Shown here: piece by piece, positions 1-13,156 of the stretch
Layout: every line of letters starts with the position of its first letter
How positions within the stretch are numbered: the stretch's first letter is position 1
Origin: Octopus bimaculoides
Lineage: Eukaryota
Reading direction: 5' to 3'
Assembly (NCBI RefSeq): GCF_001194135.2
Contig: NC_068988.1
Coordinates: 47,295,586 to 47,359,137 of the forward strand
Length of the DNA: 63,552 nt
Notes under the pieces: generated by a model
Told to the model about the DNA's origin: nothing
Databases searched by the model: none
The model's input: only the letters and a program-made list of their open reading frames with translations
Position numbers and translations under genes: made by a program

Positions 1-1391
1 TATATATATATATATATATATATANNNNNNNNNNNNNNNNNNNNNNNNNNNNNNNNNNNNNNNNNNNNNNNNNNNNNNNNNNNNNNNNNNNNNNNNNNNN
101 NNNNNNNNNNNNNNNNNNNNNNNNNNNNNNNNNNNNNNNNNNNNNNNNNNNNNNNNNNNNNNNNNNNNNNNNNNNNNNNNNNNNNNNNNNNNNNNNNNNN
201 NNNNNNNNNNNNNNNNNNNNNNNNNNNNNNNNNNNNNNNNNNNNNNNNNNNNNNNNNNNNNNNNNNNNNNNNNNNNNNNNNNNNNNNNNNNNNNNNNNNN
301 NNNNNNNNNNNNNNNNNNNNNNNNNNNNNNNNNNNNNNNNNNNNNNNNNNNNNNNNNNNNNNNNNNNNNNNNNNNNNNNNNNNNNNNNNNNNNNNNNNNN
401 NNNNNNNNNNNNNNNNNNNNNNNNNNNNNNNNNNNNNNNNNNNNNNNNNNNNNNNNNNNNNNNNNNNNNNNNNNNNNNNNNNNNNNNNNNNNNNNNNNNN
501 NNNNNNNNNNNNNNNNNNNNNNNNNNNNNNNNNNNNNNNNNNNNNNNNNNNNNNNNNNNNNNNNNNNNNNNNNNNNNNNNNNNNNNNNNNNNNNNNNNNN
601 NNNNNNNNNNNNNNNNNNNNNNNNNNNNNNNNNNNNNNNNNNNNNNNNNNNNNNNNNNNNNNNNNNNNNNNNNNNNNNNNNNNNNNNNNNNNNNNNNNNN
701 NNNNNNNNNNNNNNNNNNNNNNNNNNNNNNNNNNNNNNNNNNNNTATATATATATAAACGTATGTATGTACGTATGTATGTATCTATGTATGTATTTCTT
801 TGTGTATTTTTGTATCCACCAGTGCAGTGTTGATCACTCATTTTCATCGTTCGACATTTACGTATCTACATATATCTGTGTGTGTGTGTGTATATGTATG
901 TGTATGTGTATGTGTGTGTATAAAAAAACCTAACTTGTTAATTCAAATTCGGTGTGTGCTGTGTTCCAGTACTTAAAGGAAAATGTATGGTAAATAAACA
1001 AACGATATAATGTATACTGAGTTTACAACCGGACGGGAGACAAACACAACAGGTCCTTAATTCTTCATCAGTTCTCAACCAATTGGTAATACTCCGTTTT
1101 GCACCATCAATGATAAGACTGAGGGCTTCTCATATGGGCGATATACCTTTAAATATATGCATATTTATATGCGTGTGTGCATGTGTGTATATATATATAA
1201 AGTATATCAATATAAATGTGAGCCCGCTTTTAGTACACAAACTTTGTATTTAAATGAAGTGTACCCTGTCTATAAACAAAGAATTCGGAATCTGTAGATA
1301 CAATGTGGTCATCAATTTACAACAGATACTGTATCTTATTATTAATTTTTGTACTTAAATTTCTGTTTAACATCAATATGCTCATGTTAAT

Positions 1392-1598
1392 GTGAGTGAG
1401 ACAGAATCGTTAATACACCAGACAAAATATTTAATAGCATTTCGTCCGTCTAAACGTTCGGAGTTCAAGTTCCACCGAAGGTGACTTTCCATTTCATCTT
1501 TTCGGAGTCAATAAAATAAGTATTAGTTAAGCACTGGGGTCGATATGAACGACTTATTTCCTCCCTGAATTTGCTGGCCTTGTGTCAAAATTTTAACC
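1392..1598 (+). mobile_element. tRNA-derived SINE, working type A, diverged copy
   Basis: GACAGAATCGTTAA...GGAGTTCAAGTTCCACCGAAGGTGACTTTCCATTTCATCTTTCGGAGTCAATAAAATAAGTATTAG...GGGGTCGAT; co-linear with the better copies at 13739 and 57283. Confidence 0.7.
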
Positions 1599-3099
1599 AG
1601 TTTGAGTGAGACATGACACTTTATTTAAAAGAACTGTGGTCAATTATTTACACAGCTCAGACGCACAGTTTTGGTTTATTTAGATGAAGAATAACTGTCT
1701 CTGTGACCTTTTACTGGGATCTTGATAGATGTTGCAGGGAAAGGTGAAAAGAGACATTGAATCTTTAGACAATATAATTCGTAAGGCATGTGGATAATTA
1801 TTTACACAACTAGATGTCCGGTCTTGATTTATCGGGATGGGGAAAGACAGTTTCTAGGTTCTTTTGCAAGGCCGTGAGATATGCAATAAGGAAAGAGTAA
1901 TATAAATTACCGAAACGTGGATTACTATTGCAGGAAGTAATACAAATAGACATCGAGTTATTCTTCCGAAGATCAAATTCAAAACCTTGCAACAGAGCTG
2001 ACTCTTCTTCAGAACATTTGAGAGTAATTCAATTTGAAAATCTTTGTTACGCAGTCAAACAACAATAAGTTGATTATGTTTGTTCCGAAACAGGAAGCGC
2101 TCATAAATTTAAAGAAGATAAAAAGCTCAAGTAGAATCGAATCACACTACCCATGAGCTGCTGGTCAAAAATCTTATCCACTTGGTCATTTATCTGTGCT
2201 CCTACATAATACTGTGAAATCTAATAACAAAGAATTAGAATATGGTATTCAATTTACATTGAGTTTGAATAATTTATAATTTAACAGCTTTTGTTATTGA
2301 ACGAATAATTAGTAAAGGCTATAGCTTAAATTGAATACAATGTTTTGGAAATTCAAGACAAAAGCATAAACCAAAATTAAACCACACCGAAAACATCCTT
2401 ACGCACGCAAAAAACAACAATGATGTTAATAATAAAATAATTAGTATAAAAACATATTGAAGCAACAACTTCAGAAAATTGAAATTATAAAGAAATAAGA
2501 CAAAACAAAAAGTCACAAACAAATACTAAACAATAAAGCCACGGATGTTTCTATAAAAATATGCACACTGACACCAAACTATTTCATTGACGATGACACA
2601 ATAAATGGTAATGAAGCAGAATTAACAATTTTGGAACCAATATTCATCATATTTATTGCATTTCTAATGAGTTTTCTATGTTTTCTAATTATCAAAATAA
2701 CATCGTCACCCATATGTATATCTTTGTTAAAACCATTGATTTTTGCGATATTATAGTAATTCTATTATTAGAGAATAGACGTGAAATGACCGTATGGTTT
2801 AGTATAACAGTCTTTAAAATCTACTGCATTAATTTACCTCGCTGTTGGAGAAAGCTAAATTAACAGATCTTCTGGGATTGCTACTTGTTATAAATTGGCA
2901 TCATATCAAGAAGGTGAGTCATCTCCTAACTACTTAATGTTATAAAATCCTGAATTGAGTATCCATTTTATGAAACCATGCAGTTGAAATTGTCCTACAA
3001 TATGCTAACGAACATGTTTTTACCTGGCCGCTCATCTGGATAGGGATGACAGCCAAATCTTACTCTTATCACACACTACCACCTTTAAAGAAAGGAAGG

Positions 3100-3260
3100 A
3101 TGCGTTAGCGTGGCTATGTGATTAGAACTTTGCATTTCAACTGCGTGGCACCTGGGCAGGTGTCTTCTACTGTAGTATAGAGCTAACCAAACACTTGTGA
3201 GTAAATTTGACTGACCGGAAACTAAGAGAATCCCTATATACATATATTTACATACGTACA

Positions 3261-3294
<34 letters not shown>

Positions 3295-3415
3295 CACATA
3301 CATGTGTGTGCGCGCGCGTGTGTCTTCATGTTTGCCTTCCACCACGCTTAGCAACCGAGGTTGGTTCGTTTACGTTGCTGTAACTTAGTGGTTCGGCAAT
3401 TGAGACAAGTATAGG
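3100..3415 (+). mobile_element. Composite CORE-type SINE (head B + microsatellite + partial tail C), diverged
   Basis: GCGTGGCACCTGGGCAGGTGTCTTCTACTGTAG (CORE-like block), then (TACA)n/(TG)n, then GTTTACGTTGCTGTAACTTAGTGGTTCGGCAA matching tail C at 32660-32867. Confidence 0.7.
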
Positions 3416-3854
3416 ATATAACAGAAACTTGCATAGGATATAAAATATAAGAGGTACAATTTTGTCTTTCATGCGATCGGGAATGATAAATAAAATACTA
3501 GTCGACTATTGTAATCCACTTTCTTTCTTTTTCCCTCAGTCTTCTGTCATTAGGTATAGTATAAATAAAGAAAGCTTTCTTCATCAGGTAACTCCAGCAA
3601 TCCTTTTACCACTACTTTTCGTACAGGACAAAAATTTTCTTGATAACTATAAACTCAAGGTTAATCAACAATAGTAATGATATTCTTGCAAATGGCTTTT
3701 CATACTGTATTTATTGTTAATAAGATGGGAATAATAAATGGTTGCATTTATTTTTACAAGGCTTGAAATAGTTGATTGTAGTAACCTCAGTATATATATG
3801 ATATTTATTTTATTGACTTCATAGATGTCCAAAGAAGCAAGTCAATGTCTGTCA

Positions 3855-4106
3855 TCTTACTATAATGGGCGTTATGTCCGTCTGTCTGTCTGTTCCCTCT
3901 TCACGGTTAAACGGCTGAATCAATGGCCACGATGTTTTTCGGGATTACGAAGGAGGTAATCAGGAAGGTTTTTAGCGAAAAAATTTGAAAAAGTATGATT
4001 ATTTTGTGGATATTGAGGGTAATTGTACAGTTAACGGGACAAAAAAAGTAAATAAAAATTACGAGGGAGATAACTAATAAAATTAGCAAAGCGAAGTAAG
4101 TCAACT
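3855..4106 (+). mobile_element. Short non-autonomous Helitron-like unit (copy 1 of a tandem pair)
   Basis: Starts A|TCTTACTATAATGGGCG followed by (GTCT)n; its first ~160 bp recur at 4107. A TC start plus an early tetranucleotide repeat is typical of non-autonomous Helitrons. Confidence 0.55.
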
Positions 4107-4627
4107 TCTTACTATAATGGGCGTTATGTCTGTCTAACTGTCCGTCTGTCTGTTCCTTTTTCACGGTCAAACGGTTGGACCAATGGTCTCAATGTTTTTC
4201 GGGATTATGAAGGAGCTTAGGGAAAAATGGGAAAAAGTTTGATTACTTAGTGGATATTGAGCTTTCTATAAATAAATCATCTTTGATATCTCTTATGTTA
4301 AAATTCCCGCAACGAGGATTAACTCTGTATTCAGCACCCAGCCCCACTCCCGTATAGTTCGTAATTTAGAGGGTTTAGATTTGTGATACTATACATTTAT
4401 TTCCCATCGTAGATAGGCAGATTACTAAAGATTCAGCTCGCGTATTCACAGCAAATAAGGCACAAGGCCAAACTTTAGATCGTGTAAGTGTATTTTTACC
4501 CCCTCGGATGTTTACACACGGCCAGTTATACGTGGCTATGAATAGAGCTCCAGACTACATTAATTTGAAAATCAGTGTCACCCAAACAGAAAATATCGTC
4601 TACAAAGAACTTTTGCAATCATATTGA
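4107..4627 (+). mobile_element. Internally deleted Helitron (copy 2) carrying a helicase fragment
   Basis: Same TCTTACTATAATGGGCG start as 3855, followed by a RepHel helicase C-terminal coding remnant. The 3' hairpin/CTRR end was not identified. Confidence 0.6.
4448..4627 (+). pseudogene. Helitron RepHel (PIF1-like helicase) C-terminal fragment
   Basis: Manual translation TANKAQGQTLDRVSVFLPPRMFTHGQLYVAMNRAPDYINLKISVTQTENIVYKELLQSY* matches the conserved TINK(A/S)QGQTL...HGQLYVA.SR...NIVY.EVL motif. Upstream IQLAYS is frameshifted. Absent from the ORF track. Confidence 0.9.
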
Positions 4628-5935
4628 TACTGTTGAAAGGAATATGATTCATAATTAAATAAGGAAATTTGTGAACATTGAATGTATAAGAATATAATCA
4701 AGCATAAAATAGTGTAAACAACTAAAATAAAAGTATAAGTAACATATTTTTCTTAATACATTTTATGTAGTGGTCAAAAGCAGCTCTGGCTTCGTTAGTA
4801 GTGGTCCACATAACCATTGACGATACTGGGAGCCTATTTCAGTTCGGGAGTGAATAGTCTTCACATGTCACTTAGTCGCAAACACGTCATATAGCTGCAA
4901 TAGAATGCTGTAACACCTACAAAAATGTGATTTCTCTAAGACATCACCCAGTAATTTATGAAGTCCATTTACTCATTTCCCAATACATACTGCTGTTATG
5001 ACTTCTCTCTTTCATTTTATACCTCCATCGTAGATGGGTAGATTTGCTAGTTAATTGTTTACGTTATAACTGTAATTGCGCAGTTGTTGTTGTTATTGCC
5101 TAGTCCTAATACAGTCGTACATCGCATTGGTATTAAGCAGCAATAACATCAATGAATCGATGAATGAGTTTATTGGAGGAGTGCGATTTTATCCGGTTGT
5201 CAACAAACTCACAGAAAACCACTCACACTCTCGGCTTTTTTCAGCGACGCAACATTTGAAAACCCATCAGCGGGATCCCGAAATATAACCTTGTGCACAT
5301 ATGACATGCTCTCCCATATAAACTGCAACCGATCCTTGTGGTCCTTTGTTTTATTGATTTGTACCAACTTTATGAAATTTTTGTTCCCCCACTTTTCAAA
5401 ATTCATTTTCAACTTCTCCATATAACAAAATGCGCTTTAGGCTAACATCAAGAACTGCATATGTACTTTTGCAAATAGTCTGAGCATTGCTTAGTAAATC
5501 GGCGTTGTGTATGGCATTCTTAAATATATATAAAATCATTACCATATGTTAAACAATGTTTATTCACAATATTGTCGTTGCTGATATTTATCACTGTTTC
5601 TATGCTTTCGGCTAAATACTTCAAAGTAGTAGCAACATCAAAAGATCACCCACAAGTTTTGCTTTATCAAGATTACATTGGATAACGATATCATTTACTT
5701 AGCCGAAGTAGTTGAGATATGCCATTGTAAGCAAGATGTGCATTTAATTAAGTTTCCAGACATTTAAGAATTGTCGAAACCAGATCTAACATTAAATTAG
5801 AGCTTTGAGTTTTCGAAATGTTTCATTTTATCACATTTAACAGGTAAAGAAAAAGAAAGATACATCTTAGCATAGGAAATAGTAACGCTCAAAGTTCTGA
5901 TGCCGGGTTCCTTCAATCAGTTGAAACAAGAAGCT

Positions 5936-6059
5936 CTTCTTCTTCTTCTTCTTCTTCTTCTTCTTCTTCTTCTTCTTCTTCTTCTTCTTCTTCTTCTTCT
6001 TCTTCTTCTTCTTCTTCTTCTTCTTCTTCTTCTTCTTCTTCTTCTTCTTCTTCTTCTTC
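5936..6059. repeat. (CTT)n microsatellite, ~41 units
   Basis: Pure CTT run; source of the poly-K/L/E ORFs. Confidence 0.98.
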
Positions 6060-7479
6060 ATATAACACACTCTGAAGAGGACTTATACTGTCTAACTGGT
6101 CTAAACCGTTGTCTGTTCTGGCTTTATCCAAATTAACCTGGTATATATGTGTGGATATATCGTAGTTCACTCGAAGTGTGAGTCTTTGCAGAAGTAACGT
6201 TTTTATTGTATGCCGTTGTAGAACAATTCCTAATTAAATAGGATTCATTTCTATGTAATCGTTAAAGCCTGAAATTAATTTTAACAGGTTCGTCGACACT
6301 TTCTCATTTATTAGAGCCACCCATAGTTTTAGCCTAGTTGAATTAAGAAATATTACCACTTAGGATTTACGAAAAGCAAGCCTTTTATGGCGACTATTAA
6401 TTAATGATGTAAATAATAGAAACTAATCTAGTACGAAGCAACTCAGTGTCTGACTATTTAAATCAATTTTCGTCCGGGAAATCTGCGAAGAAAGTTGTTT
6501 TCAAATTAGTTATACTTCTTCAAATTTCTAACAAATGAACAAGTAATTATTGTTTAAATTATATACGTTTATACATCTAAAATACGTATCAAGCAATATA
6601 TATCATAGTTGTCTAGCAACTTTCGATATTAAGCTGTCAAAATAAATATTTGAAATAGCTTGGGCAATATTAATTATAATTCATTACATTATATAAACCT
6701 ACTTGTATTTCCAAATGATTAAAAAGGCGTGAAAATTCTATTTTGCAAAAACCTGGATCATTATTTTTCGAGAAATAATACAACATCTGGTCTCTAATCG
6801 AAATAGTCACATAATATCTATTCTATTCAGATTAATATTTTCGAAAACAGAGTAAAATAGAAATGCACTTACAATTAGTCAGCAATGCCCTTGGTTGCGA
6901 TTCCATGGTATGCGAACCACGCAAAAAGATATTAAGACTATTGTTTGTCTCGTATCACTTGAAGAGTTCTTGAGAATTCGTTTTTCTTTCGACAACCATC
7001 TCGGCATACAAATATTAGCATATGTCATATAATGTATCCTTGTTGCTTGATGTAAATAATCACCATCACCACAAATAAAATGAGAATTAAACCAGAAATA
7101 AATATTACGTAAGTGTATTTTATACAGGTGATTTGTACACGATTTTAAGTAATAGAAATACAGTCATTGCCACTTGTAACAACACATAATCATTTGTTAG
7201 GTGAGTCGACTTCAATCAATGTTTTCCATTGATTCATGCTGGAAATGGAAGATGGAGTAATTAGTTATTGAAAAACTGCTTGATTTATAAAAGAGAACAA
7301 ATAATTGTTGATGTTGTTGAAGGTGAAGGCGCTATAAATAGAAGATGGCAATTTAATTTGAAAAAGAAAAGCATTATGTAGCCCACTCATCCCTAAAAAT
7401 ATAAAGCAAAAGTTGCGGTCGTCTTGTTGACACCCACTCCTTGTTCCGGTGCCCTTCGTCATACTGTCACTTTTCTCAT

Positions 7480-8070
7480 TCAGTTTCTCACAGCCCTACT
7501 AGTGAATCTATCACTTTATCTTTCTACCATTTCATCTACCACATTATCTTTTTTATTTTCTAGTCTATCACAATATCTTTCCTATCATTTATTATTCCAC
7601 ACTGCCCATTCTATCAGTGAATCTATCACTTTACCCTATTTATTATTTAGCGTACTACATAATGCTTTCTACCATTTAGTATACAATTTAGTCAACCGCA
7701 CTTCTCGTTTTTTATAGTTACTCTACATTACACTTTATACAATTCAGTCTACCAACCTATGCTTCTATTGTATAGTTCTACCACGATATCCCTTGTACAT
7801 TTAGTCTGCCGCATCATTCTTTCCATCATTTAGTTTACCACTATTCCATCTAACATTTAGTCTACGCCACAACACATTCTACCAGTTAGTCTATCAAACT
7901 GTACTTTCTATCATTCAATTAACCATACCACACTTTCTATTATTTAGTTAACCACACTCTCCTTTCTACCATTTAGTCTACCATGACATTCTATTGTTTC
8001 TGCCATGTATTTTGCCACCTACACTAACCTTTCTACCATTTAATATACTACACTATTCTTTCTACAATTC
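7480..8070. repeat. Degenerate ~28-30 bp minisatellite
   Basis: Recurring TTTCTACCATTTAGTCTACCAC-like unit (e.g. 7666, 7822, 7963), heavily diverged. Confidence 0.6.
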
Positions 8071-9509
8071 TGAGATATTCAAAAGTAAAAATATTCGCCT
8101 TTTAATGATTTCTAAAAGCCAATACAAAACTGAAGCTGTTGCGTTACTCCAATTCTGCCCTAATCAAATTGACCTCGTATGAAATACATTCTCACTTATT
8201 TTAATATATATCGCACTAAATTACCTAAAGCCCCCTGCCATGATTATTGGATGTGGTTTTCAGGTATATTGTATCTACTATTAACAGGTACAATGTTCAT
8301 TTAGAAGTCCCCTTGTTTGCCTCTTCCATCTATACTTACAAACATACATAATCATATATAAGCAAATATATATACACAAGTAATGAAACTTGCACAAATA
8401 GACACACATGTGTTTTATTTCGTTGGTGTGAGTATTTGTTTGCCTCTGTGTGTTTGTGTGTGTGAAAAAGAGAAAGAGAGAGGGTGATGTGGAAGAGAGA
8501 GGGTGATGTGGAAGAGAGAGGGAGAGGGAAGAATTCGATTAACTACTGCTATCAAAAGCTGCGTTCAAAACGTAGTATATCCATAATTCAAGACCTGCCG
8601 ATTTCCTGGAAACAGTCTTTTACGAAAACAGAAACTGCTTTCCCTGGGTTCTCTGACATTGCCTACTTTGTCTGCCTATGAACCACGTAGTAAAGATAAC
8701 ATTTTATCTGAGCTGAATATATTACACAGATGTTAAGTAATTTTATTGTAGTTTGCCATAATTAAGCAGACCATATGTGTTAACTAGTAACACTTATGCT
8801 TGGGTAAGATCAAAGGAAAATATAGATTACACACATATATCTTCCTTTCATTACGGATAGCACCTAATCTCAGTTTTAGCATCGCTCAGAATTTCTACTG
8901 TGTCTAAGAAAAGAATTTTGGCAAACCATGCCTGACCCCATTTGCTACCCCATTTAGGAATCTTTACAGATTCTGCAACCTAAGTGCATATATGCACTTT
9001 AGTAACCACGCGTACTACACCTTCAAAAAAGAGCATAAGAGTAGTAACTGAGTCAACCGATTTGAATAGAACATAATAAATTCGAACACAACAAAACCAC
9101 GCTTCAAGAAGAACTTGACCTTTCAAGAAGTAAAAGAATTGATGTAACAGTTAGGTTAGAAGAAACTGGAGCAAGTCCCGATAGTCAGGCTCTTACCGAT
9201 AGCCTATTTCTGAAGCACTCAAGCTGTATATTTTGTCACGCTATTGTAGCTGTACACGTTGAATACGTCTATGCTGAATGCAATTACATTTCTTTTTCAG
9301 TTAGTTCCAGCATCTATACAATTATGTCTAAGAAGGTTACTTTGTTAGTATTGGTAAAGGTGGGGATGGAAGTGATGGTGCTTTTATTAATGCTTTTGTT
9401 GTTATTGCTCTCATTCTCACTAGACTTGTTTTTGTTTTTTGTGTTGTTGCTATCAGGCCAGAGGTGATGGTGGCGGTTGTTGAGTGAGCTTTGCTAGAAC
9501 ATTTTCTTT

Positions 9510-10650
9510 TTAAACTATGGCCAGAAATGCGACGCTCGTTTGTATGAAAAGAATTCTCTCTGTCATTCAACACACCTTTTTCTATTCATGTTCCCCTGCC
9601 ACTCACTCCTTCTCTAAGCCATGCCATTTTGGAAAATAGCAGCTTAATGATTTCTTTAAATTATTTTGGCTTCTTACATGTAGTGAGTGCGGGAGTTGTC
9701 TACAGAAAAATCTATCTAGAAGCTGGATTGGAAGTTCCAGTATCAATTATTCTCAAAGCCATATTATCTTCCTTGAGATATAGCCTACTCAGGGTTTGTA
9801 CCGCAAATCAATTAGGCCAGTGCTGCAAGGCAGAAGGTGTACGTGTTTCATATCTAGATAATAAAGAATCAGAGAAAATGGCTGTTTGAAGCAAATGAAT
9901 TAACAGCGGTATCTGCAGACTGCATAAGAAGAGACAATACCTTGTTTAGAAAAACATCACCATTCCTAGCCGAATCTCCTGTTTAAAGGATAACTCACAT
10001 TTGAGAATCAAATTAAATTACTTTGTCTTCAGTACCATCAACACCAGATGACATTAAAGGGGACACTGAACAACAGATCCACCAACAATGCCTCCAGCAC
10101 AGAGACGGACAGAGTTTCCTAGAGCCCATTTTACTCCATTCCCGTGTCAATGAGATATTGAAAACGTTTTGTCTCTTTCTCTTGGAAAAAGTAGGAAATG
10201 TACAGAAGAATAGAAGGAGAAAGGATAAAAACGGATCTCCAACAAATAAAAAAGAAAGAACAAAATGTTAGAAGAGCTTTAAGAGGTTCCTATCCACCTA
10301 GAGTGTATTAAGCTCACAGTTGTCGTAAATAATTTTCAAGAGTTAATGGAAAACCTGAAGAGGCCAAACGGTGACTTTAATTTTCTAGAGGGACAATGAG
10401 AGGTCAACAATTCAGAGAGGTGGTTTAACGGAATTGTGGTAATGTTAGATTGGATGCCTTGTGGTATTTGTTCCGGCTTATATACCATTACAAGCTTTTA
10501 TGGCAGTAGGCTTTATCTATCATTCGACTTAACATTACCACTTCCTACCCAGTGAGCCTGTAATTGAGTCCTCTCTGCCACAAGTATCTAAACCAGGTCT
10601 TTGAAGCCCTGTAAAACCTTGTGAGCACTGTCTTCTTACCTGACCAAAGT
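9510..10650 (+). pseudogene. Possible very old Penelope-like RT/GIY-YIG remnant
   Basis: Ordered but broken motifs across frames: NATLVCM, NYFGF...VYRK...PVSIIL, SYLDN, PNLLF...NQIKLL, YSIPVS, GSYP, TTSYPVSL.LSPLCHKYLNQ. Each is individually weak; many stops and frameshifts. Confidence 0.35.
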
Positions 10651-12239
10651 GAAAATAAAACATTACTTTAATTTAGATTAAGGCTTTTAATACAATTCAT
10701 GTGTGTATTGGTTCTCGTTGTGCAAGAATGTATGCACGAAACTCTCTATTTAATTTTTATATAGTATGTATTTTTACAGTGTGATTTCGTGTTTGAAAAT
10801 AATTGATATGAATAATTTGTTTAGATTATTTAGGCTACTGCCTCCAGCAATGTGTCAATCACCTCTTTTCGGTATTTCTGAACGAACTGTTTTGAAAGAA
10901 AGGTAAATATTGCAAATGGTCATAAAGCAATGTCAAGACAACAGACTCTCCAACCTAGTAAAATGATGTAGATTCTTAATTAAGCTGAAAATCTTTGTCA
11001 ATATTTCTTAATGAGAAACGGGTTACTAAAGAATTTATATCAATAAAACAGTAGTATTTTGCAATTCTTTAGGGAGTTCTACGAAACACGACTAATCATG
11101 AAGAAAACGACAATGCATCGTTTGTTTTTATTAGCCAGAAGAGCTAAAGAGAGTATAAAAAAAGCGAAAAACGTTAGACTGAGACTTACATAGAACTTGT
11201 AGGATGAGAGTGATAAGTAATAAAAACAAGAGGCAGGGTAAAGGACTTTGTATGATATATTTGATGGACCGAATTAAAATTGTAAGGAGTACACAAATAG
11301 TTATATGGGAAAAATGTTTGAAAACATGTAATAAAACACAATAAATAAAACACTACAAATATGTTACATTTAAACGTTCACTTCCGTTCATGACAATATC
11401 ACGTGATTGCGACTTTTCTCCGTGCATTCTTCATGTTATTCTTATAATGCTAAATTCTGGCGATTCCAAAACCATACATGAAGAGCTACTTGGCCAAAGT
11501 GAGCGAGGAAAGACTCCTGTAGGTAGATTACATGCATAAGTTTTTAATATATTGTAGAAAGTTTCCTATAATTTGATCCTATTTTCAGTACAGACATTCC
11601 TTCGCTTAGTTCGTTCTCTTGCAGTTTACATACGTGTTCTACTACAGTGCCTCTTCACGGCACACAACGCATATGACAAAACGCTTAATGATATCTCTCC
11701 AAGCTTTTTACGTCTTGAGGTAAACTTCGCCTTACAACTGTTCAGGTTGATAGATTAAAGTACCAGTTAAATGTTATTGTCGATGCGAAGGAATTCCTTT
11801 CTCTTCAAAATTGCGTGAGTAATAATAATTATTATAATCAGGTTTTACAACATAGATACAAATGCTTAAAATTTTGAGGAAGTGTATACTAAACTGAAGT
11901 TCACCTTATGTATTGCTGGCACTGCGAAAATATCAGGCTAGTCAATATCATGAGTAATTTCGTCCGATAACAGTCCAGCGTCTATTGTTATAATGATGTC
12001 TGTCGTAGACAAACATCCATATATAAAAGGTGCGGTAAGATGCAGTAGATTTGATCATAATCAACAGATGTGAGTTTGTTTTATTGGTGGTGGTGGTGGT
12101 TGGGTATCGATTCTGGAGAGCGGGAAAAGTATAAAGGACAATCCTGGTGTAATTTGAACTGAGATTGTGAAGGAAAGTGTGTAAATACCACGAGAAATTT
12201 TGTGAAGCATTCAACTAAATTATACATTCACGATGCAAA

Positions 12240-12520
12240 TAGTAAAAATAATAATGATGATGATGATGATTATAAAAGCAGTGACGACGACAGTAATAAT
12301 ATTGATAATAACAGCAGCAGCAGCAGCAACATCAACAACAGCAGCAACAACAACAATAATAATAATATTAATTTTTGTTTCTTTTATGCAAGTCATGTAG
12401 GGCAGAGTTAAGTGACTTTCTCGTGGCCATAATGCGAGGACTGCAGTACGATGCAGTGATAATAATCACAGCATCAACATAACCATCACCATCATCATCA
12501 TCATTATTATTATTATTATT
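12240..12520. repeat. Mixed trinucleotide low-complexity tract (AAT/GAT/CAG/AAC/CAT)
   Basis: Directly visible short runs of several trinucleotides. Confidence 0.9.
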
Positions 12521-12965
12521 GCCATCGTCAAAAATAACAAAAAAAAACCCCATAAAACAACTACATTGACAAAAAGCACACAAAATGCATTCCTTTACAC
12601 CCATGTAATAACAACAACCACCTTCTAGAATCCCTACAAATACCAAAACATTATTAACAATATAACAATATAACAACAGTAAAAAGAACTCAAATGTAAA
12701 GAAACGCAATGAAAAAAAAAAACTTCCTCTAAAGGGAAGTGCAAAAAATATTATTGATAGTTATAATGCAGAAATCTCTCTACCACTTCTCTCACCCACT
12801 CCCTCTCCGTGCAGACGTGCGCTGAGTGCAGAAATGCTTATTACCGCACTATAATTCAGTGCATATGCAATATGGATAGATGCATTAAAGATGCAAACTG
12901 AAGTAGGTGAATGCAAAACTATGAACACGAGTTTCGAGTTCTAAAAGCAAGCTGGTGGAAGAAAG

Positions 12966-13000
12966 AAGCAGCAATAGTATAAATAATAATAATAGTAATA

Positions 13001-13098
<98 letters not shown>

Positions 13099-13113
13099 AA
13101 CAACAATAATAGT

Positions 13114-13155
<42 letters not shown>

Positions 13156-13156
13156 T
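12966..13156. repeat. Compound (AAT)n(GAT)n(AAT)n microsatellite
   Basis: Directly visible; explains the poly-N/D/Y/H/L ORFs. Confidence 0.97.

Noticed and set aside
1040-1080. CTGATGA on the minus strand
   Set aside because: No stem II or GAAA follows; cannot fold as a hammerhead.
5253-5273. HLKTHQR, resembling a C2H2 zinc-finger end
   Set aside because: No upstream CxxC, no second His, no linker.
9066-9467. 133-codon stop-free plus-strand frame
   Set aside because: No start or convincing splice sites; the second half is GT-rich low complexity; about one such frame is expected by chance in this much AT-rich DNA (rough estimate).
10555-10660. Minus-strand acceptor followed by a short frame ending GRKW* or RLTG*
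   Set aside because: No recognisable protein and no supporting upstream exon.
11630-11710. WRDIIKRFVICVVCR on the minus strand, like an integrase zinc-binding motif
   Set aside because: Isolated; no HH pair or DDE domain nearby.
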